A stretch of 61,047 bases of DNA, the filler included, from Dugesia japonica (lineage: Eukaryota), in the NCBI GenBank assembly GCA_001938525.1. It is 5 parts of 5 records of this genome, joined end to end, with 100 filler letters (N's around TTAATTAATTAA, not from the genome) between each part and the next. Parts side by side here need not be neighbours in the genome. Positions count along the whole stretch, not along the records: positions 40,387 to 61,047 come from MQRL01648422.1; 4 more parts are not named here. One strand, 5' to 3'. The translations under genes were made by a program, and so were the position numbers. Below are positions 47,323 to 60,129 of this stretch, piece after piece (positions within the stretch are counted from its first letter, which is position 1; the number at the start of each line of letters is the position of its first letter). The notes under the pieces were generated by a model, which worked only from the letters and a program-made list of their open reading frames with translations, did no database searches and was not told the origin of the DNA.

Positions 47323-48331
47323 AGTTTTGTAATTACAATTATTGTGACAATAATTGTTGGAATTAACCATTGATCGCATTTGAGATTTCATTAAAATAAA
47401 GAGAAAGCTTCGATCAAAATAAAATGTATTTTATAGAAATTCATATTTTCGACACTTGTCTCTTCAGGAATTATGACTTCTTGATGGATTCAATTGGATT
47501 ATAGATCTTTACTACAAAATTTATTTTATTTTATCAAAATTTTATTGGTTTATCTAAATTATACATTCTCTATATTTGGTCATGTTTGTTTCTGTGAAGT
47601 GTAGAAATGTAGAAACAAATATTAATTAAAGAGGATAATCCGTAGATTAACGTTATTTTCAATAATTACAATGGTTAAAAAATTTTTAAAAAATTAATAT
47701 TAAAGTAAATTTAAAAAAATTTTTTTTAGTAAAATATATTGATAAAAGATTTTTTTTAATATGGATCGGAGGGAGCTTTTGAATGTTCATTAAAAGTTGA
47801 TAGAAAAATACGTGTATTTTGATATTTTAATAGATTATTGTTTTTTAAATATAACAAAAATAAAAAAATAATTTGAAAAATTGATAAAAATACGAATTTT
47901 AAATTTTATTATCATTGATGTAGTGTTGTTTCTAAAAAAATAATGAGTCAATGATAATAAAAATTTAATTGGTAGTAATTTATGATAATTATAATTGAAA
48001 ATAAATTTCAAAAAATTTTTAAATATATTAAAATTATATAAAAAAAATATCAAAATCCAATTAATAATTGATAAATATTTGAGAATTTTAAAAGAAAGAT
48101 TTAAAAGAATTTCGATTTAGTCAAAAGAATTTTTTTGATATTTAATTTAAATAAAAAATGTATAATTTAGATATTTATCATTTAGATAATTTTGATAAAA
48201 AAAAAGAATTTTGTAGTAAAGATCTATCATCCAATTGAATCCACCAAGAAGTTATCATTCCTGAAGAGACAAGTGTTGAAAATTGGAATTTCTTTACAAA
48301 TACATTTTATTTTGATCGAAGCTTTCTCTTT
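47323..48331. mobile_element. Foldback family copy with ~170-bp inverted arms
   Basis: 47398-47568 is the reverse complement of 48157-48331. Confidence 0.85.
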
Positions 48332-48341
48332 ATTATAATGA

Positions 48342-48388
<47 letters not shown>

Positions 48389-48688
48389 TAATAATAATAA
48401 TAATAATAATAATANNNNNNNNNNNNNNNNNNNNNNNNNNNNNNNNNNNNNNNNNNNNNNNNNNAATAATGATTATAATAATTATTAGCAAGAAAAATGC
48501 TATCCTCGTCAAACATTTATTTAAGACAAAATTACTATTACTGAATTAGAAAAGTTTTAATATTCAAGCAAATATGCGCAATAATTGTTTAAATTATTTT
48601 CTTGAAATATTTTAAATTTCAAAAGTTTTATAAATATTTTAATTGCTCATATAAATTTGAAATTAAACAATTCAAATATCATTCTCAC

Positions 48689-48721
<33 letters not shown>

Positions 48722-48771
48722 NNNNNNNNNNNNNNNNNNNNNNNNNNNNNNNNNNNNNNNNNNNNNNNNNN

Positions 48772-48835
<64 letters not shown>

Positions 48836-48924
48836 GTAAATAGGGAAGTTACTAATTCCCATAACATAATATTTAGTTCTTGGTGAATTTGAAATTGGGG
48901 TGAAACAAACCGGTAAAACGTCGA

Positions 48925-49083
48925 TTAACACTAGATTTATGAGAAATTTTTTTTATCCAAAATAAATAATAAATAAATGTTTTGAAACATAATTTTCGAA
49001 AAGAAAATTTTTGATTTTTCTTCGTTGTATGAATAAAATTTAAAATCAGTTAAATTGAGGAGTTACGTAAATCTAGTGTTAAT
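48925..49083. mobile_element. Small MITE-like inverted repeat
   Basis: ATTAACACTAGATTTATG ... CGTAAATCTAGTGTTAAT. Confidence 0.5.
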
Positions 49084-49714
49084 GAACGGCTGATCTTGTG
49101 AGTATAACAAATATTGTACAATAATTCCAAATATCAAATTATAATATAATAAAAGTATTAAAAGATCCCAAAAATGAAATCAATATAAATGAACAAGGGC
49201 AGAAAATTCCAATTAAAATCCAATTGAAAATTAATATGATATAATAATAAATATCAAGTACAGGAAATGTAATATAATCTGAAACAAATAAATAGTCCTT
49301 ATGATAAATTAATGTATGTTAAATAATTAAATCAAACCAAAAAGTAAGTAAGTTTATGAATAATACCACCCAGTTTGTAACCACAAAAAATTCAAAACAA
49401 CTTGATTATTTATAATATTCAAAAGCTATATTTAAAATCAGAGAGAGGTCATTAAAAATTCAAAAAGAAATGTAAGGATAAAGTTTCAATGAATACTGTA
49501 AACCGCAACAAATGACACAATCCTATATTATTTTTACACCAATTGTTCATTTCTAAACATTGTTCTAATTTCTTATATTCGAAATATGTTTATTCTAAAA
49601 TACTGACAGTTATGTAAATACAAATCGCATAAACCAATTATTTATAGTGTGTCTTATATTTATGTAAACAATTTGTCAATTAACAGATCAACTAAATAAA
49701 TGAAATAAAATCTG

Positions 49715-49870
49715 ATTCAACTGTAACTTATTTCGGGATTTCCTTTAATATCTTTGATGTTGTCGTACATGGGAATTTTCTGAACAAGCTAATCAACAAA
49801 ATTATCGACCATATATTATAATTTTTGATTGGACTTTATTAGAAAAATGTAAACAGTATATAAAATTTTC
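49715..49870 (+). mobile_element. LINE (CR1/L2-like) RT fragment
   Basis: FNIFDVVVHGNFLNKL resembles KAFDxVxHxxLLxKL. Confidence 0.45.
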
Positions 49871-50181
49871 ATATAAATAATTTCCAAATTTAAATGAAAA
49901 CCATTTACATTTGTTGTTAACTGTATTAAATAATCTAGGATGAAAAAATTCTAATCAATTTGAAATAGTATGATTATAATAAAAGAAAATCCCGAGAAAC
50001 TTGTATCTTATAATCTCGATACAACAAAATATTTTAAAATTAATTACATAAACAAATACACATTTTCTAATATCTGTAAATATTATTTGTTTGAAATCTT
50101 GACTAAATTACGAAATTCAATCCGAATATTTGCATGATTCTCGACAAAATTAATTAATCTTCAACAAATATGTTATTTATT

Positions 50182-51076
50182 ATTCATTAAAATAAAGGGT
50201 TCGATCAAAATTTGTTTTTTTTTGGTATTTTGATAATAATTCTATATTTCGACTTTGTCTTCATCAGGAATTGACTATTTGATTCATTTAATATTTATTT
50301 TTACTATAAGTATGGTTTGAGACAGTTAATTTTTTTGATAGTTCGACCGAAGTTCTTAACGAAAATATTTTAATAAATAATTTACTTAACTTCATAAAAT
50401 AAGATAGAAATTCTAAAATTTCAATATTTGAAAATTAAGTATTAATAATTATTATTATTAAAATTAATTATAATTAATTTTAAATTAATGACTTAGTTCA
50501 ATAAAATAATTTTTGTTGCATTAATTTTAAAAATTTGAAATAATTTTATATAAATAATTTTTAGAATAATTTTAAAATAAACGTTTAAATAATTTTATTT
50601 GTATTAAAATCGTTTTTAATGAAATATTTCGAAAATTTATNNNNNNNNNNNNNNNNNNNNNNNNNNNNNNNNNNNNNNNNNNNNNNNNNNNNNNNNNNNN
50701 NNNNNNNNNNNNNNNNNNNNNTAAAACTTCGGTCAGAATTAAATAAAATGTTTAGCTTGTTTTAAAATTTGTTTAAAAAAACAAATTTATAGTTTGTGTT
50801 TTTGTTTTGTCTTGAATAACTCTTCGAATGGAAAATGTTAATTTTTTCAATGCAAACATGAATGTTACATATTCATCTAACATTTACTATTGTAAAAATA
50901 AATATTGAATGAATCAAAAAGTCAATTCCTGACGAAGTCAAAGTTGAAGTATAGAATTATTATCAAAAACCAAAAAAACAAATTTTGATCGAAGCTTTTA
51001 TTTTAATGAATTCTGAAAAACCATCAATGGTTATGCCCAACAATTATTCTCGCAATAATTGCAATTGTAAAACTAT
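50182..51076. mobile_element. Foldback family copy
   Basis: 50182-50305 is inverted relative to 50886-51010; outer end ..CAATTGTAAAACTA. Confidence 0.8.
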
Positions 51077-53148
51077 TGACTGGCGCTTTTGATTTGTGCA
51101 ATGCTTTAAATTATGTTTCAACAATAAATATTGAATAAATCAAAAAGTTAATTCCTGACCAAGGCAAAGTCGAAAATTCGAAATACTATCAAGAAATAAA
51201 AAAAATACAAAATTGAAAATCACATCAAATTCTTAAACAAATGTAAAAGAAAAGAATTAATACCTATTGGTTTAAGAATTAAAAACAAACTCAAGAACAT
51301 CTTTAAATTTCTCCAATCCGAAGAAATGTCTGAACGACAAGCTTATATAAAAAAAGAAACAATATTTTGATCGAAGCTTTTAAAGTAATTCAATTAAATC
51401 TTAATTTATAATTAAAATAATTTATTTGTTAAATCAAATTTAAATTAGGAATGTGCAATTCATTTGCATACTGGGACCGCTATTCAAATTTTGTACCTCA
51501 CATGATCCATATGAAACAAAAAATGTACAAAATAACAATAGTTTTTTGATTATAGCTTTAATAATTCGGAATATTCATTANAAAAAATATTTTCCAGATA
51601 AACTACTTTGTAAGGATCATTTTTATTAAAAATCTATTTCGAAAGATTAAAGAAAATTATTTATCTTTGAAAAATGAGGCAAAATAAATCTTTTAACATT
51701 ACGTATATTGTCGGACCCCATTGAGACGCGGTTCACTAACACACAAATCCGAACATGGCTCGCAATGTTACTAAGGAATAGTCAATAGCGAAGACAGTTA
51801 TAGATTGATATATTTAATAGTTTATAAAGAAATTAACTTTTTTTAAAAGTAAATATAATTCAAATACTTTTCAATTGCTATTTGTTATAAATAAGACGTT
51901 TTGTGTTGTATATAAAGCAGTTTTTTAAATAAAGTTGTTTTTTAAAGAACGATTGATAAATGCAACCAGTATCTTTTATTATCGCCCAATTACACACAGG
52001 TACCGTAATTCGCGGTTGACTTAACATGCGGTATGTAAATTTTGGACCCTGACTACCGCATTTTAACGGAGTCTGGCTGTAAATCAAAATTGTGACGTGA
52101 GTTGCAAAAAAACAAAATGAGTCTCAGATTGCCCTTTCTTGATTTAAATAATTTTAAATTAATATTTTTTGACAAGAAAAGAATAAAAAGAACATAAAAA
52201 TATTTTGTTAACCAACAATTATTTTGTAAAAATTGTGTTAAAATTAAACCATTTAACATTTTCATTGTTATTGTAATTTTACTCAAATAACTTAATATCA
52301 GTTAATTAAATTTTACACCTGTTTTATTCCACATAAAGTCTGATTATAATTCTGGTAAGTTTTTAATTTTTTTTATTTAATAGGCTGATATCGATTATTA
52401 AAATACATCAAATATTTTTAATTGTAAAAATATGATTTACGACGACCACTGATAAAATACGATAAAACTTGGAATTTTACCAAAAAAAAGATATTGAACA
52501 TTAACAATTAGGAAATGAGTTTAAAATTCCAATTTTAATAAAAAAGCAGATCTAAATTATTTATTTTTCTATTTAGTGATTCAAATTTTGTGTTAAGTTG
52601 TTGTCATGAAAAACATGAATAACTAAATAATTTAGAAAAATAAATAAATAAATCATTTTATTCTAAGTTCAGAATAAGTTGGTTTCAGTCAAGTAATTAT
52701 AGTGATTATAATTAATTATTTAACTAATTACAGTGCAACCAATTGAAATATCAATTTGTATCAACCAATTCATAATTTTAAAATTACATTAAAAAAAGAA
52801 CGTTTAGAATCAATATTACAAATCTATGATGATAACTGTTTACATTTCTTTGACATTTTTCGATTTTATTTTTATTATCACATGAAATGATGATATGAAA
52901 TATGACTGTGAAACTTGAGGCGCATAATTTCAATTTAGATAATTCTATTTATAATCATAACGCACTATAAAATTATTGATTACTGTTAGGTAAATCTTAC
53001 AAAGATAATTTATGTTCCAAATCAGAACTATTAATTTCATACAAATTTTTATTCACAATTAACAAAGATAGCCAATTTAAATAAATGTATGGTAAATAAA
53101 AAATATTGTATAATTAATTATTTTAATACATTTCTATTGGTTGAAATT

Positions 53149-54729
53149 CTTCATAATTATTTCTTTATATCCCATTTCTTATGAAACTATATAAGTTTTC
53201 CACATTTTTCTTCGAAAATTTTCTCGATTATTCGATAGGTTCTTTAAATGTCTCTTGGCTTTTATTTCTTCTTTCTACCTTGATGAGGACATAATCGCTG
53301 ACTTTGAATTCTCTACAAGTGGTCACTTCTGAAAAATTTTCTTTAGTTATCTCTGAAACTTCTGACTTGTACCACTTTTCTCTGCTAATTTCTTTCCAAA
53401 TACGATCTCAGTCGGGCTCTTTCCTGTCGTCTTCTGCTTTGTTGCGTTCATCGTAAATTTTATGTCCGGTAATATGTCTGGTCAATATGTTGTCCTTCTC
53501 TCCCGGAATGTGGCATTAATTAAATCTCGAATTGTCCTAAACCAGGGATGTCAACTAATATTTATATAAAATCTACTTTGGTCAGTAAAAATCCTCCGCG
53601 ATCTACTTTTTCTAAAATTAAGGATAAAAGAAGTTTTTTTTTAATAAAAATTTTGTAACTATAATCTTTTCATGCTGTACATAATGTTTTACACAACATT
53701 TATTAATAATGTTGTACAAACGTAATGAGTAACATAATTTCTAAGTATTAATGACCTCTGTTATTGTATTGCACGGCTCCAAAATTAAGTGAAATATTAC
53801 GTAATAAATAATAATTAAAAATAGTTTGCATAAACTTCATTTCAGGTTAAAGATAAATTTCAACATTTTTGCCAATAAAAATTCAATCAGATTTGTTCTT
53901 TTATTATACANNNNNNNNNNNNNNNNNNNNNNNNNNNNNNNNNNNNNNNNNNNNNAATTTTTATTACGTTGTCTGACTCACATGTTAAATTACCGTTTAT
54001 CACTCGTGTATTGCAATTTGTTAAATTAACCAGTTTATTGTATTTAATTATTTCTGGCATTACTAACAATTTTTAGTTATTAGTTTTTATAGGGACATCT
54101 GTTCATATGTAAAATGCATGTACATCTAATTTTATATTGTGAATTGTAGAAATTGGAAATTCAAGGGGAATATAAAGCCACTATTATATTTTGTTGGCGA
54201 TAGACGTTATTGACCACCCTGTCCTAAACTGTCTTTCAATTTGTCTGTTTGCACTGTGGTAATAAAGACTAGAAAAGCAAAGTTTAATATCTATCTTCAG
54301 TGCAAACTCGCTCATAACTCGGAATTCAAAGGCTTTTCATAATCTAGGTTTATCTTTCTTGGTCTACTATATCAATATCAATATCCACTTCTCAAAAATA
54401 GCTTTTCGTATTGTTTCTTCGTCTTGTCCAGGCAATGCTATAAGAACCAGATATTTACTAAACTGATCTATTATTTCAAGAATGTATTTTTCCGTCTATT
54501 AGTTTCCTGCATAGGCCCATTTATATTTGTGAATATGACTTCAAACAAATTAGTAGTTTCTAATCACTTTGTCTACTCTTCAGTTCCTGTTGTAAGGAAT
54601 ACATTGATCTTCTGACGAATTTCACAACTACGAACTATCTCCAGTATTTGACTCCACAAATTCTTCGCAATGTATTTGTCTCTAATATATTCGTACACCT
54701 TTTCAACTTCTATATGACAGCACAATTTG
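53149..54729 (-). mobile_element. Gypsy integrase-only fragment flanked by a 42-bp direct repeat
   Basis: HKLCCHIEVEKVY..IIDQFSKY..QIERQFRTIRDLINAT..TYRII. Confidence 0.8.
53543..54221. mobile_element. Non-autonomous hAT element (MITE) with an 8-bp TSD
   Basis: TIRs CAGGGATGTCAA / TTGACCACCCTG; TSD TCCTAAAC at 53535-53542 and 54222-54229; removing it restores the integrase RQFRTIRD. Confidence 0.9.
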
Positions 54730-55085
54730 TGTATAATTAATTATTTTAATCCATTTCTATTGGTTGAAATTACAAGTTTATAATTATAAGTTAATATTTG
54801 TAAATTTTCTGACATATTAAAGCATTTTGAGATTATTTTTATTATACAATCCAAAATGTAGATTGATAACGTAGTTTTTTATATAGTAAGATAAACTTTT
54901 ACGACAAAATTAAAATGCACATTATTACTACAATTTATAAAACGAACTTTGTATTTTATTAAGTTGATAAACTGTTTAAAATAGTCATTTACAAATTATT
55001 TATTTTTAATCATACCATTTAATTCATCAATAATGAACAATTATATCGATTAAAATTTACATCAATGTTATAAATAAAAATTTAC

Positions 55086-55329
55086 CGTTTCAACATGTCT
55101 TGAAAGAAATGAACTAGGATTATTTTGCAATAATTGAACAGCAATTGTACAATCGTGTCGATATCTATCCTGTATAATAATATAAATTCATTTGATGATA
55201 CTCTCAAATGTATTGACTAACACAATCATTTTGTAATTCCAATATATAATTCTGAGATGATTCATATTTTGAACACAGATCATTGTAATTTTTATTGATT
55301 TCAGATTTTTCATTGTTGAATTTGTCAAT
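55086..55329 (-). CDS. BEGAIN/TJAP1-like protein, exons 4-5
   Basis: Exons 55222-55329 and 55086-55169 (52-nt intron); DRYRHDCTIAVQLLQ matches the recalled family motif ERYRxDCNLAVQLL. Confidence 0.85.
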
Positions 55330-56244
55330 CTGTTAATCAATATTCATCAATAATTAACTTGCAATAATTTCAGAGATTTTTTCATTATAAGTAAATTATA
55401 GAGTACTTCACAAATTAGTTATTTTTCAAAATCATTAATTTGTATACAGAGTATTGAATTATATCAATATAATTACAATCTATCTCATTTGATTAATTTA
55501 ATGCAAAATATTTGTTTTGTAAAATATAAATGTAATTACAAAAAATAATATGAATGAAGAATTTTTAACAATAATATGGTGATGATAGAAATTATTTATA
55601 ACTACATAAAAATAATAAATAGAATAATGTTGATGTGTTGAGATGAATTTCTTAACGACTACGAATCATGTGAATTGAACATTTAATTGGAAATAGTAGA
55701 GGAATAAATAAATGATTTACAATCACAAGAATTATTGCGAGAATAATCGTATTAAAAGCTTCGATCAAAATGTTGTTTTGTTTTTTTATTTATTTTTTGG
55801 TAGTTATCCGAATTTTCGACTATTCTCTTCTTCAGGAATTGAACTTTTTAATTTATTCAAGAATTTCTGCACAAAGAAATAAAACAACATTTTGATCGAA
55901 GCTTTTAATTTAATGAATACATAAATAATTTACAAAGTATAATTTTCTTGATAACACCACATCAGTTATTTTCAACCAATCTATCACGATACTCTGTTTT
56001 TTCATAAGAAATTGTAGTGGGTTAAGTTAAATTTGCTTTTAATAAACTTATTTTAGACCAAAATCAATGAGGTTTAAAAAATATTATTCATCGATTACTT
56101 TCACCATATTCCCCACAATTAAATCCAATCAAGGAGTATTTGAATCATTTTAAATCAGTTTTGAATTCAATTCACCATTTTCCAAAAGTAGATTGAATTT
56201 AAAAGAAATGATTAATAGGATATTGAGAGATGAAAATATGACAT

Positions 56245-56942
56245 ATTTTGTTAATATATTAATTCATATTTGTTAATATATTAATTCATATTTGTTAATA
56301 TATTAATTCATATTTGTTAANNNNNNNNNNNNNNNNNNNNNNNNNNNNNNNNNNNNNNNNNNNNNNNNNNNNNNNNNNNNNNNNNNNNNNNNNNNNNNNN
56401 NNNNNNNNNNNNNNNNNNNNNNNNNNNNNNNNNNNNNNNNNNNNNNNNNNNNNNNNNNNNNNNNNNNNNNNNNNNNNNNNNNNNNNNNNNNNNNNNNNNN
56501 NNNNNNNNNNNNNNNNNNNNNNNNNNNNNNNNNNNNNNNNNNNNNNNNNNNNNNNNNNNNNNNNNNNNNNNNNNNNNNNNNNNNNNNNNNNNNNNNNNNN
56601 NNAATTCATATTTGTTAATATATTAATTCATATTTGTTAATATATTAATTCATATTTGTTAATATATTAATTCATAATTGTTAATATAATAATTCATATT
56701 TGTTAATATATTAATTCATATTTGTTAATATATTAATTCATATTTGTTAATATATTATTCATATTTGTTTATATATTAATTCATATTTGTTTATATATTA
56801 ATTCATATTTGTTAATATATTAATTCATATCTGTTAATATATTAATTCATATTTGTTAATATATTAATTCATATTTGTTAATATATTAATTCATATTTGT
56901 TTATATATAAAGATTCATATTTGTTAATATATTAATTCATAT
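56245..56942. repeat. 22-bp minisatellite (TTAATATATTAATTCATATTTG)n
   Basis: Near-perfect tandem units on both sides of an N gap. Confidence 0.95.
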
Positions 56943-57570
56943 CTTATTTAAGAGCTAAATCAAAGAAAACTTAAACAATTGGAGAAAAACTTATTTTACC
57001 CATAGTATTGAAAATTATAAAAAAAATGTGACGATTTAAAAAAATCCTTTGTCAGCTAATACAGTTTCTCAAAAAGTTTTGAATATTAGTAGAAATCAAA
57101 AGGAATAACTCATAAGCAAAATTAAAAATTTCAAAGTTTTCAATTCAACTCGATGAATCAACAAACATGGCGATTTCTAGTTTAATTTATATTAGACATT
57201 GTTATAAAAATTGAAATATTAAAGATAAGTTGTTCTGTAAGAAAATCTAATGTAGAATAGGGAAGATATTCTTTTAGTTGGTAATGAGGAATCATGTTAA
57301 AGTTTGTACTTATGGAGCAGGATCAATGATGGGAAAAGAAGTGAATTTGTTGCTAAAAAAAACAATCAGATTATTTTTACTAATTTTATTTTTCATTGTG
57401 AGGTGCTTAAGTTTATTTCGATGGAATTCTGCAATAGGTAATTAAAATAATGAATTTTATTAAATGCAGATCATGAAACTGTCGAATATTTGAAAATCTT
57501 ACAGATGATACGAGATCTCAATATCACAAACTTTTACTTAATACAGAATTTAGATGGTTAATAAAGTGAC
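56943..57570 (+). mobile_element. Degraded hAT-Charlie/Buster (ZBED5/SCAND3-like) transposase
   Basis: TIGEKLILP, SIQLDEST, VCTYGAGSMMGK, LLLNTEFRWL. Confidence 0.8.
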
Positions 57571-57694
57571 AAATGAGGTAAAAACGGACCTTATGGAAAA
57601 ATATTTTTTGAACAAAATTGTTTGTTTTTGTTAGCAATCCGGATTTTCGGCTATAATCTTCTTCTGGGATTTACTTTTTAACTGCATTGAATTA

Positions 57695-59450
57695 TGATTT
57701 TTTCATGGGTTTCTTTTTATGGGTTTTTCTTTATAGTTTCTTTTTATGATTCCTTTTTATTTCTTTTCATGATTCCTTTTTATGGTTCTTTTTCTATGGT
57801 TCCTTTTAAGTTCATTTTATATTGCCTTTTTTGGTTTCTTTTTATGGTTTCGTTTTATGGGTTTTTATAGTTTCTTTTTATGGTTCTTTTTAATGATTCT
57901 TCTTTTATGATTTGTCATAGTTTCTTTTCTATGGTTCTTTTTCTTTGGTTCCTTTTTATTTCTTTTTATATTGCCTTTTATGGTTTCTTTTTATATTTTC
58001 TTTTAAATTTTAGTTTCTTTTTCATGGTTTCTTTTTATGGTTTTTTTTCATAGTTTCTTTTCTATGGTTNNNNNNNNNNNNNNNNNNNNNNNNNNNNNNN
58101 NNNNNNNNNNNNNNNNNNNTTATGGGTTTTTATAGTTTCTTTTTATGGTTCTTTTTAATGATTCTTCTTTTATGATTTGTCATAGTTTCTTTTCTATGGT
58201 TCTTTTTCTTTGGTTCCTTTTTATTTCTTTTTATATTGCCTTTTATGGTTTCTTTTTANNNNNNNNNNNNNNNNNNNNNNNNNNNNNNNNNNNNNNNNNN
58301 NNNNNNNNNNNNNNTTTTCATAGTTTCTTTTCTATGGTTCCTTTTAAGTTCTTTTTATATTGCCTTTTTTGGTTTCTTTTTATGGTTTCGTTTTATGGGT
58401 TTTTATAGTTTCTTTTTATGGTTTCGTTTTATGGGTTTTTATAGTTTCTTTTTATGGTTCTTTTTAATGATTCTTCTTTTATGATTTGTCATAGTTTCTT
58501 TTTTATGGTTCTTTTTCTTTGGTTCCTTTTTATTTCTTTTTATATTGCCTTTTATGGTTTCTTTTTAGTTCTTTTTATATTTTCTTTTCTTTTAAATTTT
58601 AGTTTCTTTTTCATGGTTTCTTTTTATGGTTTCTTTTCATAGTTTCTTTTCTATGGTTCTTTTTATATTTCTTTTTATGGTTTCGTTTTATGGGTTTTTA
58701 TAGTTTCTTTTTATGGTTCTTTTTAATGATTCTTCTTTTATGATTTGTCATAGTTTCTTTTCTATGGTTCTTTTTCTTTGGTTCCTTTTTATTTCTTTTT
58801 ATATTGCCTTTTATGGTTTCTTTTTAATTCTTTTTATATTTTCTTTTCTTTTAAATTTTAGTTTCTTTTTCATGGTTTCTTTTCATAGTTTCTTTTCTAT
58901 GGTTCCTTTTAAGTTCTTTTTATATTGCCTTTTTTGGTTTCTTTTTATGGTTTCGTTTTATGGGTTTTTATAGTTTCTTTTTATGGTTTCGTTTTATGGG
59001 TTTTTATAGTTTCTTTTTATGGTTCTTTTTAATGATTCTTCTTTTATGATTTGTCATAGTTTCTTTTTTATGGTTCTTTTTCTTTGGTTCCTTTTTATTT
59101 CTTTTTATATTGCCTTTTATGGTTTCTTTTTAGTTCTTTTTATATTTTCTTTTCTTTAAAATTTTAGTTTCTTTTTCATGGTTTCTTTTTATGGTTTCTT
59201 TTTATGGTTTCTTTTCTATGGTTCTTTTTCTATGGTTCCTTTTTTATTTCTTTTTATATTTCCTTTTATGGTTTCTTTTTAGTTCTTTTTATATTGCCTT
59301 TTTATGGTTCTTTTTTAGCGTTTCTTTTTATGGGTTTTAATAGTTTCTTTTCTTTTATATTTTAGTTTCTTTTTTATGGTTTCTTTTTATAGTTTCTTTT
59401 CTTTTATATTTTAGTTTCTTTTTTATGGTTTCTTTTTTATGGTTCCATTT
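57695..59450. repeat. Complex T-rich satellite (~13-bp ATGGTTTCTTTTT subunit) with higher-order structure
   Basis: The marker TAATGATTCTTCTTTTATGATTTGTCATAG recurs at ~57891, 58156, 58465, 58724 and 59031. Confidence 0.92.
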
Positions 59451-59738
59451 TCATGAAGCCTTCTCCGGCGATTGACTTTTTTAATGCCGAGTGGTTTGCT
59501 AGCGTGTTGATAAAATGTAAATTTCAAAATAATCATTTTTATAAAACATTTTAGCATTATTTGATTATATAATTGACAGAAAGTGTTTATAACTTTCATA
59601 AAAACTATGAAATGAATTTTCTAATAAATTATTTTCTATGCAAATTATTTAAACATTTACTCGCGATTAACAAATTATTTAGCATAAAATCGGAATTATT
59701 TAACTTTTTTACGAATAAATACATTATTATAATCATAC

Positions 59739-60129
59739 CAAATTGAGAATTCTCTCTTCCAACTCATGATTCAATCTACTGATTCGTTTGTGACTTTCAT
59801 GTAGCCTGAATATTGAAATAATATTCAAAACAGTTAATAATAAAGTACCTGTCGTATTTATCTTTTTGTCTTGAGATTTCATCGTTTAATTTAGAAATTT
59901 CTCTTTTATGTCGATCTTTTGAGTCGGATAATTCTAACTCTAATCGGTTATTATTATTATGACTTTCTTTAAGTTTAGATTTATATTTTTCAATTTGATG
60001 GTAATAATCTAAACTATAATTAATATATAATTATAAAGTCAATTATTGATTAAATCTTAGTTAATCAACATTAACTAACTTATTTGAGTCGCATTGGCAT
60101 TTTGTGTTATTATTGGAATTACGAGACAT
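59739..60129 (-). CDS. BEGAIN/TJAP1-like protein, exons 1-3 (coiled coil)
   Basis: ATG at 60127-60129; exons 60080-60129, 59849-60013 and 59739-59805 (66- and 43-nt introns); KYDRLHESHKRISRLNHELEERIL joins exon 4 in frame. Confidence 0.85.

Noticed and set aside
48307-48931. Poly-Y/I/N/L ORFs (also 14138-14452 and 22656-22856)
   Set aside because: (AAT)n microsatellites plus N gaps.
49130-49480. Hydrophobic minus-strand stretch as a numt or alternative TM exon
   Set aside because: Stops in the frames tried even with TGA read as Trp; no recognisable mitochondrial motif; splice phase gives only 15 codons.
51990-52085. Tc1/pogo-like terminal fragments
   Set aside because: No matching partner TIR or TSD found.
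58145-58973. Phe-rich ORFs
   Set aside because: They are translations of the T-rich satellite.
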